From Chloropicon primus (Eukaryota), in assembly GCA_023205875.1 (NCBI GenBank), contig CP060772.1, positions 372,001-429,915 on the forward strand: 57,915 bases of DNA, written 5' to 3'. Every line of letters starts with the position of its first letter. The first letter of the stretch is position 1. The translations under genes were made by a program, and so were the position numbers. The notes beneath the pieces were generated by a model that saw only the letters and a list, made by a program, of their open reading frames with translations, searched no databases and was not told where the DNA came from. Shown here one piece after another: positions 23,254 through 35,062 of the stretch.

Positions 23254-23257
23254 AACT
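22732..23257 (+). repeat. inverted repeat arm B
   Basis: Near-identical to the reverse complement of 18668-19193. Confidence 0.95.
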
Positions 23258-23307
23258 ACAGTTAACCATTTACGATTGATAAAAATTCTATGGTACATCG
23301 TTGATCA

Positions 23308-24594
23308 TCAAGCAGGTTGCTGCGGCGAGAGAAAGGGCGCGCTCTTCGCATACTTGTCCATCACTGTGGGGGGAAGCGTTTCGAAAAGAGTAGCCGTGCG
23401 CGCAATCTTTCTGGTGTGGCCCAAGAAATTCTGGTAAGCCTCCATCTCCCAAAAAAAGTTTTCTGGAGGCGGCGACTTCTTCGCCACGTATTCCTTCTGA
23501 AACAGAGAAACCCAACGAAGCATCGACTTTTGATAAAACTTGTCGGCCTTCATCACGTACAATGCAATCCCGTTGCCCGCGCTGTAGGACACGTAAAGGG
23601 CTATCGGGGCCCCCGTGCAAAGCATGTGCATCTGCAGCTGCGGCACGTGCATGACGTTCACCCGGTCCCTCGGCTCCGCGTCGATGAGCCTGTACCTGAG
23701 TTTCTTCTTCTTCCCGCTCTTCGTGACTTTGTGGATCTCCCGGAACGGGGAAACTGATTTGACCTCTACAACGCAGCAGAGGTGGCCCTTCCTCCTCCAC
23801 TCATCGCCCCCCTCCCACCCTCGAGGCAAGAAGGAGGCCAGCCGACCTTCCAAGGTCGTTTCATCGTCAAGCTTGCTCAAGGGAATGACAAGGAGGGCGT
23901 CCGGCGAGGCTCCCATCGGCGGCAGAAGCTTCTTGTTAATGCCCCACTCATAGGGAATATCCCGAAAAGACAAGGGACACAAGCCAACCTCAAGGACCTC
24001 ACTATCCACAAAGTTCCTCAATAGCGAGAACAACGCCGCCGGCTCTTGGCTGATCCCCCAAGCACAATGCACCGCCATCACCCCCATCTTGGCCACCTGC
24101 TTGCACCTCTCCTCCCTCCTGTCCTCCTCCCCCTCGTCCTCCGAACCATTGAGGCACAGCCCAGCATTGTACTCCTCCACTTGCTTTGCATTGAAGGTAA
24201 GCACCTCCTTGGACGCCGAGCCAGACACCAGGAACACCTCCTCCTGCACAAGGTGGTAAGCATGGAGAGCATGCCGATGGGAAGCGAACCCCTTGGGAAG
24301 CTTCAGAGCCCCCGATGCTTTCTTCTCATTCAAGCCCAAGCATCCAGGAAGCGATGACGTCGTGATTCGACCCGAGTGACAAGCAGCCCACTCGTCGCTC
24401 TCCTGTCTGAAGTATGGAGCACAAGCTTCACTCTCGAGTCTCAACCAACTCGATGGAGGCAATCCTCTGAACATCTTGTCCATCCTCAACTCATGAAACG
24501 TCGGAGACCTCCAGTACACATTAGGCACGGCACCCGAACGCGTTTCACTCTCCTTGCTACCGTAACGCTTCTCCAAACGCACGCCACGAGCCAT
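23308..24594 (-). CDS. YqaJ / lambda-exonuclease-like PD-(D/E)xK nuclease
   Basis: QESDEWAACHSGRITTSSL, WGISQE, MGASPDAL, VVEVKS, PQLQMHMLC: the motif order expected of YqaJ-family nucleases. First in-frame ATG is 24594. Confidence 0.8.
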   Translation of the reverse strand: MARGVRLEKRYGSKESETRSGAVPNVYWRSPTFHELRMDKMFRGLPPSSWLRLESEACAPYFRQESDEWAACHSGRITTSSLPGCLGLNEKKASGALKLPKGFASHRHALHAYHLVQEEVFLVSGSASKEVLTFNAKQVEEYNAGLCLNGSEDEGEEDRREERCKQVAKMGVMAVHCAWGISQEPAALFSLLRNFVDSEVLEVGLCPLSFRDIPYEWGINKKLLPPMGASPDALLVIPLSKLDDETTLEGRLASFLPRGWEGGDEWRRKGHLCCVVEVKSVSPFREIHKVTKSGKKKKLRYRLIDAEPRDRVNVMHVPQLQMHMLCTGAPIALYVSYSAGNGIALYVMKADKFYQKSMLRWVSLFQKEYVAKKSPPPENFFWEMEAYQNFLGHTRKIARTATLFETLPPTVMDKYAKSAPFLSPQQPA

Positions 24595-24879
24595 TTCGAG
24601 TGCTGATTGTCGTGAAAAGGATTCCGATTCTAAAACTTTTGCTTTCCATTCTGAAGCCAAGATGTTCGTCCCAGCGTCATCCGTCACGAGCGTGGGCTCT
24701 TTCGAAAGCTAATGAGATGATTCATCCATCGCTCGTGGCGCGTTGCCTTCGTCGTCGTCCTCCTCTCCAAACGGAGTCCCTCTATCCAAGCCGCTCTTCC
24801 TCCACAACACTCCACTCGAACACGTGGAGTGACACACACCAGGAGAAGGGGAGGAGGGAGGGGGATGGAAGGAGGGGGG

Positions 24880-25190
24880 TGATGGTGGAGGGAGGGAGGG
24901 AGGGGGAGAGGGAAAGGAGGGGTCACGGATGGATGGATGCGTTGTCTCTTGCTCTTTCCAAAGAGCCCTCACTTGGGAGGAATGGTGACAGGGATCATGG
25001 CAAGGAGACAGAGAGAGAGGTGATGGTGATGATGATGGTGGTGGAAGGAGGGGGTGATGGTGGAGGGAGGGAGAGAAGGGGTCATGAATAGATGGATGCG
25101 TTGTCACTTGCTCTTTCCAAAGAGCCCTCACTTCGGAGGAATGGTGACAGGGATCATGGCAAGGAGAGAGACAGAGAGGTGATGGTGATG
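24880..25190. repeat. ~159-bp tandem duplicate; third copy at ~29200-29360
   Basis: GATGGATGCGTTGTCWCTTGCTCTTTCCAAAGAGCCCTCACTT…AATGGTGACAGGGATCATGGCAAGGAG occurs three times. Confidence 0.9.
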
Positions 25191-25247
25191 ACGATGGAGG
25201 TGATGATAATGAGAAAAGGCCATGACCAAAAAACTGACGTTTGCTAT

Positions 25248-26738
25248 CTACAAATGTTTATCCACGCTCCCTTCTCCCTCTTCCTGCTTGACCTTGACGA
25301 TGGAAGGGGCCGCCTTGCTTCGTGTTCTTGTTCTCTTCGACGACGGAGGACGAGGAGCTTTGCAGAGCCCGACCTCTTCGAGGTACTCTCTCTTCACAAT
25401 GCATTGTTCCTTGTCGCTCAGCTTAAGAGATGCGTCCGCAAAGATGATCCTCAACGCCTCGTTGTAGTCCGCGATCTCTCTCTTCTTCTCTGATGACTTG
25501 CTGTCGTAACGCTGGGCCTCCTGCACGGCTTCGGCGTACTCCTCCTCCGTCATCAGGCCGGACTCGAGAGCCTCTCTCAAATCCAAAGCATAGGGAGAAG
25601 GAGAACTTGTTGTGTTGTTGTTGGTGGTGGCGGCGTTGGAATTCTGCTCATTGAGGTTGTCGGCGGTTGATCGATTCAAGTATTCCTTGGCAATTGCATA
25701 TATTCCACGTGCAGTGCGAACAAAGCGGGGGCTCCTGATACAAGCAGACCTGACAGTGGCCCGCATGATCTCAACATCAGTAGAAACAGAACCATCCATA
25801 CGCCTAAACACATATAGCTTCTTAGCCCGGATCCGACCAAAGATCTCTTCGTAGTGCAAGCTTCCTCCCACATCTTGAAGAACGCGATAGATGGCATCCC
25901 GAAGCGGTGAGGGCTTGGCAGCATCTTGAGTATTGGACCCATTCAAGTATTTCTTGGCAATGGCATATGTTCCACGTGCAGTGCGAACAAAGCAGGGGCT
26001 CCTGATACAAGCAAAGCTGACACAGTTCCGCATTCTCTCCGGATCAGTACAAACAGAACGATCCCGACGCCTGAACACATATAGCTTCTTGGCCCGGATC
26101 CGACCAAGAATCTCTTTGACCTGCAAGCTCCCTCCCGCATCTTGAAGAACGCGATAGATGGCATCCCGAAGCGGTGAGGTGCTGACAGCATCTTGAGTAT
26201 TGAACCCATTCAAGTATTTCTTGGCAATGGCATATGTTCCAAGTTCAGTGCGAACAAAGAGGGGGCTCTGTGAACAAGCAACTCTGACAGCTTTCCGCAT
26301 TCTCTGCAGATCAGTACAGACAGAACGATCCCGACGCCTGAACACATATAGCTTCTTGGCCCGGATCCGATCAAGGATCTCTTTGACCTGCAAGCTCTTT
26401 CCCGCATCTTGAAGAACGAGATAGACGGCAGCCACAAGAGTTCTCTTTCCATTGCGAGTCCTGAAAGGACGTGCGTTGCCTCTTATCATAGTCACCTCTG
26501 CTGGCTCAGGTTGGAAGGACGAACCCGCACCACCACTATCCTCCTCACTGTCGCTCTCCTCTTCGATGATCGTCGTAGAGCCCGTCACGAAGCTCGCCAA
26601 ACACTCTCCGTCCACGTCCATGTCCATGGCACCTGGGGACAACCCTCCCTTGTCGTCATCACCACCGGCGACGGCCGTCGCCGCGATCATCGCCGCCGTC
26701 GACCTGGTGCGTGTCCAGCGTCTCGTGGGACGCCTCAT
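25248..26738 (-). CDS. protein with three tandem winged-helix (HARE-HTH-like) repeats and a SHOCT-like C-terminal segment
   Basis: Three 89-aa repeats (LRDAIYRVLQDAGGSLQVKEILGRIRAKKLY…FVRTARGTYAI) resembling HARE-HTH, plus LREALESGLMTEEEY. Start uncertain. Confidence 0.65.
   Translation of the reverse strand: MRRPTRRWTRTRSTAAMIAATAVAGGDDDKGGLSPGAMDMDVDGECLASFVTGSTTIIEEESDSEEDSGGAGSSFQPEPAEVTMIRGNARPFRTRNGKRTLVAAVYLVLQDAGKSLQVKEILDRIRAKKLYVFRRRDRSVCTDLQRMRKAVRVACSQSPLFVRTELGTYAIAKKYLNGFNTQDAVSTSPLRDAIYRVLQDAGGSLQVKEILGRIRAKKLYVFRRRDRSVCTDPERMRNCVSFACIRSPCFVRTARGTYAIAKKYLNGSNTQDAAKPSPLRDAIYRVLQDVGGSLHYEEIFGRIRAKKLYVFRRMDGSVSTDVEIMRATVRSACIRSPRFVRTARGIYAIAKEYLNRSTADNLNEQNSNAATTNNNTTSSPSPYALDLREALESGLMTEEEYAEAVQEAQRYDSKSSEKKREIADYNEALRIIFADASLKLSDKEQCIVKREYLEEVGLCKAPRPPSSKRTRTRSKAAPSIVKVKQEEGEGSVDKHL
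25674..26430 (-). repeat. 267-bp coding tandem repeat, 3 copies
   Basis: ATTCAAGTATTYCTTGGCAAT at 25674, 25941 and 26208. Confidence 0.95.
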
Positions 26739-27476
26739 GATGAAACAAAGCACCGCAAAACACTGCACAGCTCGACGAAGACTTGCCTTCCTCTTCCTCT
26801 TCACGAACCGAGCCAACAACTCGCAAAACAAACTTCGAGGCAACCTCCTCCTGTAACGCCTGTCGTAGCAAAGAGAGCGAGCGAGCGAGAGGACCACTCC
26901 GTGCGCCAAAACCTTCAACCGAGGTATCAATCCAAAGCCCTTGAGACGCCCTTCCGTTCGTTCAACACCTCCTGTCCTTCCTCGTCGCCGTCCGTGCACA
27001 AAGTCCTCGACAACAACACCTTCCCTCTCCCTTGTCGTGCGACGTGCCCGGGCGTTAATTCTCACTCGCGTTTTCAACTCCTTATCTTCTTCAGGGTTTT
27101 GTCAGAGCCCAGTTCATGGAGGAGGCGACTCCTGATCCCTGACGAGGAGGAGGGGGAGGGAGGGGGAGGAAGAGGAGGAGACCTGTCTTGGATTGGGATT
27201 GGGATGACCTTCCTTGGACTCACTCACTCCCATTGTCCTCCACCTCCATCTTGGCTTGGGTTTCATGCAGTAGCACAAGAGACAGAGACAGAGACAGAGA
27301 GAAAGAGAGAGAGATGATCTTGCAGGAGCATAGGATGAAGATTTGAGCTACTGGATGAAATGTCATCCGAGAAGGGAAAGGCTTCTTGATCGTTGGAGGG
27401 AACTTGGATCATGTTCATTCATGTCCTATTTTCTCTTGCTCGCTTGGCTTTCCTAGATTTGATGAACTTGCTATCA

Positions 27477-28989
27477 TTACTTGTCCTCGTCTGGAAGGAC
27501 GGGGCTGTTGATCACACCGACGGCGGTCAAGAAGTTTCGTAGACCCACCAAGAGCCCCAGCTCGCTCTCTGGATAGTCCCCCTCGCTCTTCGCGTTGAGA
27601 CCCGTCCTCAGGGAGAGCTTTTCCCATGGTGACAGGTTCGCGCTCGACTGCGCCGGGTCTTCTATGAGGAAGCGAGCGGCCTGCCTCAGGTCTCTGGGAC
27701 CCGCCTCTATGGGCGCGAGGAAGTGACAAGGAATGATCCTCTTGAAGGGCCAGGACGTGATCCTATTAAAGTAACGCAGAGTGCTCGAGGGATCCCTCGA
27801 GAACACCAGGACTTGGAGGATCGGGGCGACCAGCAACTTGTTTTGCACCATCTTGACCTTGTCCACCCAGTTGTCATCGCGCCACACCAGAGCGGTGGGC
27901 CACTCCCTGGGGTCGAACTCCACCGAGGAGGGCTGGAAGAATATGGAGAACAGAATCGTTTTCCACCACCCCTTGATTCGATTCTCCTGCGTGTCCTTTG
28001 CCATCACCAACCCGTCATTCTTGTCATCCCTCGCCCGCTTCAGCAGGGGCGTCGGGTCGACCTCGCAAACCTCGGGCGGCGTCTCGGGAATCATGAAGCA
28101 GGTATCGGTCACCAAAAGCGTCCTGGTCGGCTTGTGGAAAAACGCCGTCTCGACAAAGGGGCCGATGCCCACGGTCAAGTTCAGCTCTGCCATCTCGAAC
28201 TCCGACTTCCACGGGTAGTCCCCATCCTCCGTCAGCGGCGTCGCCTTCCTGGGAAAGAGGCCGAGGAATGACAGGGGCAAGTTCAAGGGAAAACTCCACT
28301 GCCTCCTCGCGGCGAAGATTTCAGCATCCGGGAAACGCTTCGCAAAGGGCCCAAAGGTGATCTTGTGCTCCACCGCTGTCGTCGGCAGCACAATGTACTT
28401 GACCCTCCCATGCATCTCCTCGAGCTCGCGCACGAGTCTCAAGCACTCCTCGGTCGGAGCAATCGGCGAATGGATGAAGAGTCCTCCCTCCTCCATCGCT
28501 ACCACGGTCATCCTCTGCGGCAATCCAAACAAAAAGGAAAGAAACCAGAACGACAAGAGTCAGAAGCAAGCAGGAGAGGCATCAAGTGATGTGGAGGAAT
28601 GAGGCTGAGGCTGAGGATGAGGATGTTGCTGAGGAGTGAGTTGGCCTTACGATGTTCACGATGACATCCAGGGTTCCGAAAACCTGTTCGAATCCCCAGA
28701 TCCGATCCTTGATGAGTTCCGTCCTTCTTGTGATTCTTTTGGAACCTGGCTGCAATGGCAGAGCAAACCAAAGCTTGTAATCATCATCACTTTCACCAAC
28801 ACCCACACCCAACTTGGCTTCCCGTCGTCTCGATGTCTCCGCCGTCGACGCCTCCTTCCTCCTCGTCGATTTGGAATCGTTGTCCTTCTCTCGTACGGCT
28901 CGAGGGCGAAGCTTCCCGTCGTCTCTCCTCTCCGCTCTCCATCCTTTGCCCCTCGTGCTCCTCCACCTGCACAACCTCATGGCCTTCAT
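27477..28989 (-). CDS. DUF4336 family protein, probably plastid-targeted (exons 28989-28651, 28514-27477)
   Basis: IWGFEQVFG…VNI/RMTVV…GGLFIHSPIAPTEEC, VKYIVLPT, FFHKPTRTLLVTD, RIIPCHF; in-frame GTAAGG…GCAG intron. Confidence 0.85.
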
Positions 28990-29524
28990 CGTCGGAGCCA
29001 AGGTCGAGTAAGCGACTAAATGAAGCGAGTGAGGTGTCGATGGAAAGATCTTCTCAAGATCTTTCGTTTGATGTCTTTGTATTCCTGGCTTGACCCCTCG
29101 CGACGCCTTGAGACGCTCTCCTCTTCTCCTCACGAGGTCCTCGACGAGATCCTCCAATCCCAGCCACACATCTGCTGGTGAAGGTGATGGTGATGATGAA
29201 GGTGGTGATGGTGATGATGGAAGGAGGGGGTGATGGTGGAAGGAGGGGAGAGGTGGGGAAAGATCACGGATGGATGGATGCGTTGTCTCTTGCTCTTTCC
29301 AAAGAGCCCTCACTTGGGACGAATGGTGACAGGGATCATGGCAAGGAGAGAGAGGTGAAGATGGTGAGGACAAGGGGCCTCCGTCCAGGCAGCTTGAGCA
29401 ATTTTGCCCTCTTCTCTTCTCTCACTTTCTCTCTCTCTCTCTCTCTGTGTCCCTGGGTGTTCTTGTCCCTTTCGAAGGAAAATATAAATGGTTTTCAGTT
29501 GGGGGGGCAACACCATAGCTTAGT

Positions 29525-30901
<1,377 letters not shown>

Positions 30902-31129
30902 CTAGCAGCAGCAGCAGTAGTTCGTTCTCTGCTTCTCCTGCGAGCGAGCAACTGGTCAGTCCAATCGAAAACAAAGGCAAGCAGAAGAAGAAGAGGAGGA
31001 GGAGGAGGAGGGACCTTTGTCTTTGTCTTTGTCTCTGGTTTGTTGGGTTGGATCCTTCTCCTTCCTCGTGTCCTCCCTCCTGGCTGATCAAACCAAACCC
31101 AAGTTGTCAAAGCAAAGAGGAGCGAGGGA

Positions 31130-31136
31130 CACACAC

Positions 31137-31218
<82 letters not shown>
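31130..31218. repeat. compound microsatellite (CA)n(GA)n
   Basis: Directly visible. Confidence 0.95.
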
Positions 31219-31221
<3 letters not shown>

Positions 31222-31538
31222 AACAAGAAGAGAGACACAAGACCTCCTCCTCCTCCTCCCTCCTTGGATCCAACTGAATCAACTGAATCAACTGAATCCA
31301 GAGAGCGAAAGAGAGAGAACATCAAGAAGAGAGAAAGAGAGACACAAGACCTCCTCCTCCTCCTCGTCCTCGTCCTCCTCCTCCTCCTCGTCCTCGTCCT
31401 CGTCGTCGTCGTGTCTTACCTCCTCTCCTTCGCCTTCGCCTTCGTTTCGTCTTGTGATCGCCCGCCACCAAAAGAAACAAAACGCGGGAAACCCAAAACA
31501 CAAAGAACACGAGGACGAAGGACGATAGAGAACACACA

Positions 31539-31569
<31 letters not shown>

Positions 31570-31574
31570 GGACA

Positions 31575-31794
31575 GCAAGATACGAACACTACGTCTCAAG
31601 ACCTTTCCAACGATACCTGGATCAAACCATTCGGTGCTCGGAGGCATCCAGGGCAACCACTTTTCATCCAAAAACTCTACAATACCAACACGAATCCTCT
31701 GCATTGAGGAGGACGGTGACGGTGAGGACGGAGAGGAGAGGAGAAGAGGAAGGTGCAGAACGAAGCCTTGACTCGTGGGCTTTCGATTGGTAGG
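31575..31794. promoter_or_regulatory. two-site palindrome array upstream of the P-loop NTPase gene
   Basis: Right arms at 31603 and 31780 (177). Confidence 0.55.
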
Positions 31795-32194
31795 GCACAC
31801 GTCTGGGTTGGTGGAAGGAGTCGGTCGAGAAGAGGAAGGAAAGGGTAAACGGAACCACCCGGAGGGATCCACCTTGGCGAGGACGGCGAGGAGAGGAGAA
31901 GCGGGAGGTGCAGAAGGAAGCGTTGACTCGAGGTTTGACTCGCAATTGGACTCGAGTCAAACGTCGCGATCTGTTTCCATCGGTGACCTCACTGGACCAT
32001 GGCAGCGAGGGGACAGGAAAGAGGGGCTGGGGGGAATGGGATTGGGAGGGAAGCCAATGGTGGAGTTGGAGTGACTCGAGGCGCGGCTCGCGCTGAAACG
32101 CGGTGATGAACTGACGCAGAAAACCTTCTGGTTTCTTTGGAGGGATCGAATCTTTCCTTGTGCAGCAGCCTTGCGTGACTTGCCCAGCAGAGCG

Positions 32195-33532
32195 ATGGAC
32201 GTTCCCATCGAGTTCTCCAGCAAAAGGAGCACGAAGAGTGGATCCAAGTACGACTACGTCAAGGTCAGGGTGTGGCTGAGTGAGCAGGACGCGAGGGATG
32301 GGAAGAAGCAGAATGACGATGGCGGCGTTGGCGGCCACGACAACGACAGCTCTGACAGCTCTTCGCAGTCGCCGAGAAGGTTCAGGGCTTTGGGGAGGAG
32401 CGACAGTGGCAGCTCCAGCACCAGCACGGGCGCGAAGAAGCACTACTACGTTCTCTCCCGCTTCCTGTTGGCCAGGATGCTGACCGCGGCGCGGGTACCG
32501 AAGAAGAAGGCCACGCAAATCATGCTGGAGCTGAAGAAGAAGCTCGTGGACGAGAACAGGCTGGACATCTCTCAGAAGCAGCTCGAGAACGAGGTGTTCG
32601 CTCTTCTTGAGACCAACGGGTTCAGCAAAAAATACGTCGAGTGCTTCGGGATGATCACTTCCTTCTACCACTTGAAGATTCCACTCATTGTGTACATATG
32701 CGGCACGGCTTGCGTGGGCAAGTCCATGATCGCAACGCACCTGGCCGAGCGCCTCAACCTGCCAAACGTCCTTCAGACGGACCTGTTCGCGCAAATCATT
32801 CGGATGTCTGAGGACAGCCCGATGCACCCCTTCCCACTGTGGGATAGGAAGGACGTCGCCGGCCTGCAGGGGACCGCGGCATCACAAGCGGCGGCGGGCG
32901 CAGTGGGAGAGAGGAGCCCTACCGACTCGGGCGATTCCTCCCCCGTGGCTTCGCTGCTGCACGAGTTCAAAAGAGAATGCGCCTGCGTACGAAAGTCGGT
33001 GCAGGGCGATCTGGAAAAGAGCCTCCACGACGGAAAGTCGATCATACTGGAGGGGACCTACCTCGATCCGGCGATGTTCACGGACCTGTACGCGGCGGCG
33101 CGAGGCCGGGACCCCCCTGGCCAGGAAAGAGCGCCTCTCGGCGAGCTTGAGGCCTGTGACCCTTATGCGGAGAGCGAGGAAAGCACCCCGGCCTCGCTCG
33201 AAAGGAGGGACAAGACGTACAGCCCGATCATCGTTCCCATCGTCCTGGCGATGGACAAGGAGACCCACCTGGATGCCTTGGATCAGTGGATGACCTCTTC
33301 CCGCGACGACCCGGCGGAGGCTCCGCTGGACTCGGAGAAGGAGCACGTGTACCAAACGCTGAGCCAGATTCAGAACTACTACGTGAGGTTCGCCAAGAGC
33401 CACGCAGACACGGTGAAGTTGTGCTACGTCGATCCCATGCGGATCCAGGACACCGTGGACGACCTTCACTCCCACCTTCTGGAGGAGATCATGGCATCCT
33501 TTCCACGAAAGGCAAAGGCGCAACCGCCCTGA
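32195..33532 (+). CDS. 2-phosphoglycerate-kinase-like P-loop NTPase (LPA1-related family)
   Basis: SKYDYVKVRVWL…HYYVLSRFLLARML, P-loop CGTACVGKS, PNVLQTD, GKSIILEG. Confidence 0.85.
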   Translation: MDVPIEFSSKRSTKSGSKYDYVKVRVWLSEQDARDGKKQNDDGGVGGHDNDSSDSSSQSPRRFRALGRSDSGSSSTSTGAKKHYYVLSRFLLARMLTAARVPKKKATQIMLELKKKLVDENRLDISQKQLENEVFALLETNGFSKKYVECFGMITSFYHLKIPLIVYICGTACVGKSMIATHLAERLNLPNVLQTDLFAQIIRMSEDSPMHPFPLWDRKDVAGLQGTAASQAAAGAVGERSPTDSGDSSPVASLLHEFKRECACVRKSVQGDLEKSLHDGKSIILEGTYLDPAMFTDLYAAARGRDPPGQERAPLGELEACDPYAESEESTPASLERRDKTYSPIIVPIVLAMDKETHLDALDQWMTSSRDDPAEAPLDSEKEHVYQTLSQIQNYYVRFAKSHADTVKLCYVDPMRIQDTVDDLHSHLLEEIMASFPRKAKAQPP

Positions 33533-33707
33533 GTCTTGCAGCAGCAGGAGGAGGGGGAACACGAACACCACAATTGTGTGTGCGTGTGTGTGCGTGTGTG
33601 TGCATCACAGCAACATTCATTTATATTAACTATTTTTTGTATGCATAGAACTTTCACTTCCATCGTCACCTCAAAAGCATGATGAGCCCACGAAGCCCGC
33701 GTCATAC

Positions 33708-34736
33708 TCAGATCGTGTGCTTCCACTTGTCAAGGTCCTGCACCGTCTTGATCTCGTTATCGATTTCTCTCATCTTTTGCCGCCTCGTCGACATCTTAAG
33801 GGAGTCCATCATGGGCACCTTCGTCGCTGGAGCCAAGTTCGAGACAAACCGCTTGAAGGTGATGAGGTCCACTTTCCTCCCGAAGAAGGACTCCCCGCTC
33901 AGGCTGACTTCCTCCTCCACCCGGGAAGGCGTGCCCCTGAGAATCCTCTGAGCGCCCGCCCGATCGCTGTTCTTGAAATCCTTTGTGTTCACCTTAACCC
34001 TCCGACCCAAGGTGTCCGCAAGGGTCTGCTCCCTTCTCGTGATGGCGGTCTCCATAGCCTTTGCCTTCCTCCCGAGCCGCGGCAAGTTTGGCTCCGGGTA
34101 GCTTGGGGAGGAGTGAAAGCTGTTCAAGCCGGTGCTCTTCTCCGTCGTGCCGCCAACGAACCTCACCTGCTTCGGCCTCCCATCGCTTCCGGTTGACGTG
34201 CTGCGCTTGCTGCTGCCGTTCGAGTCCCCGAACACTCCGCCGCTGCTTGCGGGCATGATGTGCTTCAACCTCTGCACCTTCTCCACCGGCTTGGGAGGGA
34301 CAACGTATCCAAGGTGCCTCCGGTAGCTTCCACTCCCAGGGCTACCGTTGCTCACCGCGCTCCCCTCTATCCGCTTATAATAGTCTACATTGTTCGCTGT
34401 GCTCAGCTGCGGCTCGCGCTGCGTTGGGGTCTGGATGCTCGGAAAGTGGCGACGACTTCCGCCGAACCCCGCGCTTCCCGGCTTCTTCGCCGTCCTGTTC
34501 TGTATGAACTCGCTCAACCCGTTGCTTATGTGATTCTCGTAAGGCTGTGGCACGTGGGCCCTCCCTGGCAAGTACCAGCGCGGGGACGAACCCTCCACTT
34601 GCGTCAAGGAACTCGAAGAGACCACCCTCCTCGCTCTCGCCTGCGTCGCCCCGCCGCTACCGTTCTCCCTGTCACCACTCGTGTCCCAAGCAAACGGACT
34701 CGACAATGTGTACGACCCTCCAGGTGACAACGTCAT
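33708..34736 (-). CDS. hypothetical Ser/Gly/Arg-rich protein
   Basis: 343-codon ORF with coding-like codon bias, convergent on the previous gene across an AT-rich spacer; no domain recognised. Confidence 0.65.
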   Translation of the reverse strand: MTLSPGGSYTLSSPFAWDTSGDRENGSGGATQARARRVVSSSSLTQVEGSSPRWYLPGRAHVPQPYENHISNGLSEFIQNRTAKKPGSAGFGGSRRHFPSIQTPTQREPQLSTANNVDYYKRIEGSAVSNGSPGSGSYRRHLGYVVPPKPVEKVQRLKHIMPASSGGVFGDSNGSSKRSTSTGSDGRPKQVRFVGGTTEKSTGLNSFHSSPSYPEPNLPRLGRKAKAMETAITRREQTLADTLGRRVKVNTKDFKNSDRAGAQRILRGTPSRVEEEVSLSGESFFGRKVDLITFKRFVSNLAPATKVPMMDSLKMSTRRQKMREIDNEIKTVQDLDKWKHTI

Positions 34737-34926
34737 GATCACTCAAACACAACAACACCTTCACGTTCCCCTTCCCTTCCTCAGGGATGACGCAATGCAA
34801 ATCTTCTGTACAAATGCAATGCAGTGCGATGCAATGCACGAATGCACAACGAAGCGGAACCGAACCGAACACGAGTCAAGGGATGGAGCTCCTCGTCCTG
34901 AAGATTCGGATGAAAAAACTCCCCGC

Positions 34927-34964
<38 letters not shown>

Positions 34965-35062
34965 CTCCGGTGCGAACACTCTCGAGTCCCTGGCCGTCCG
35001 ATGCCTCTCCCTTGCCAACCCGTCTCCCTCTTCCGTCCGTCAACGACAAATAAAGCAACCGA

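Noticed and set aside
18668..23257. DNA transposon with ~525-bp terminal inverted repeats
   Set aside because: The arms are the coding 3' ends of two paralogs; no transposase or TSD is seen.
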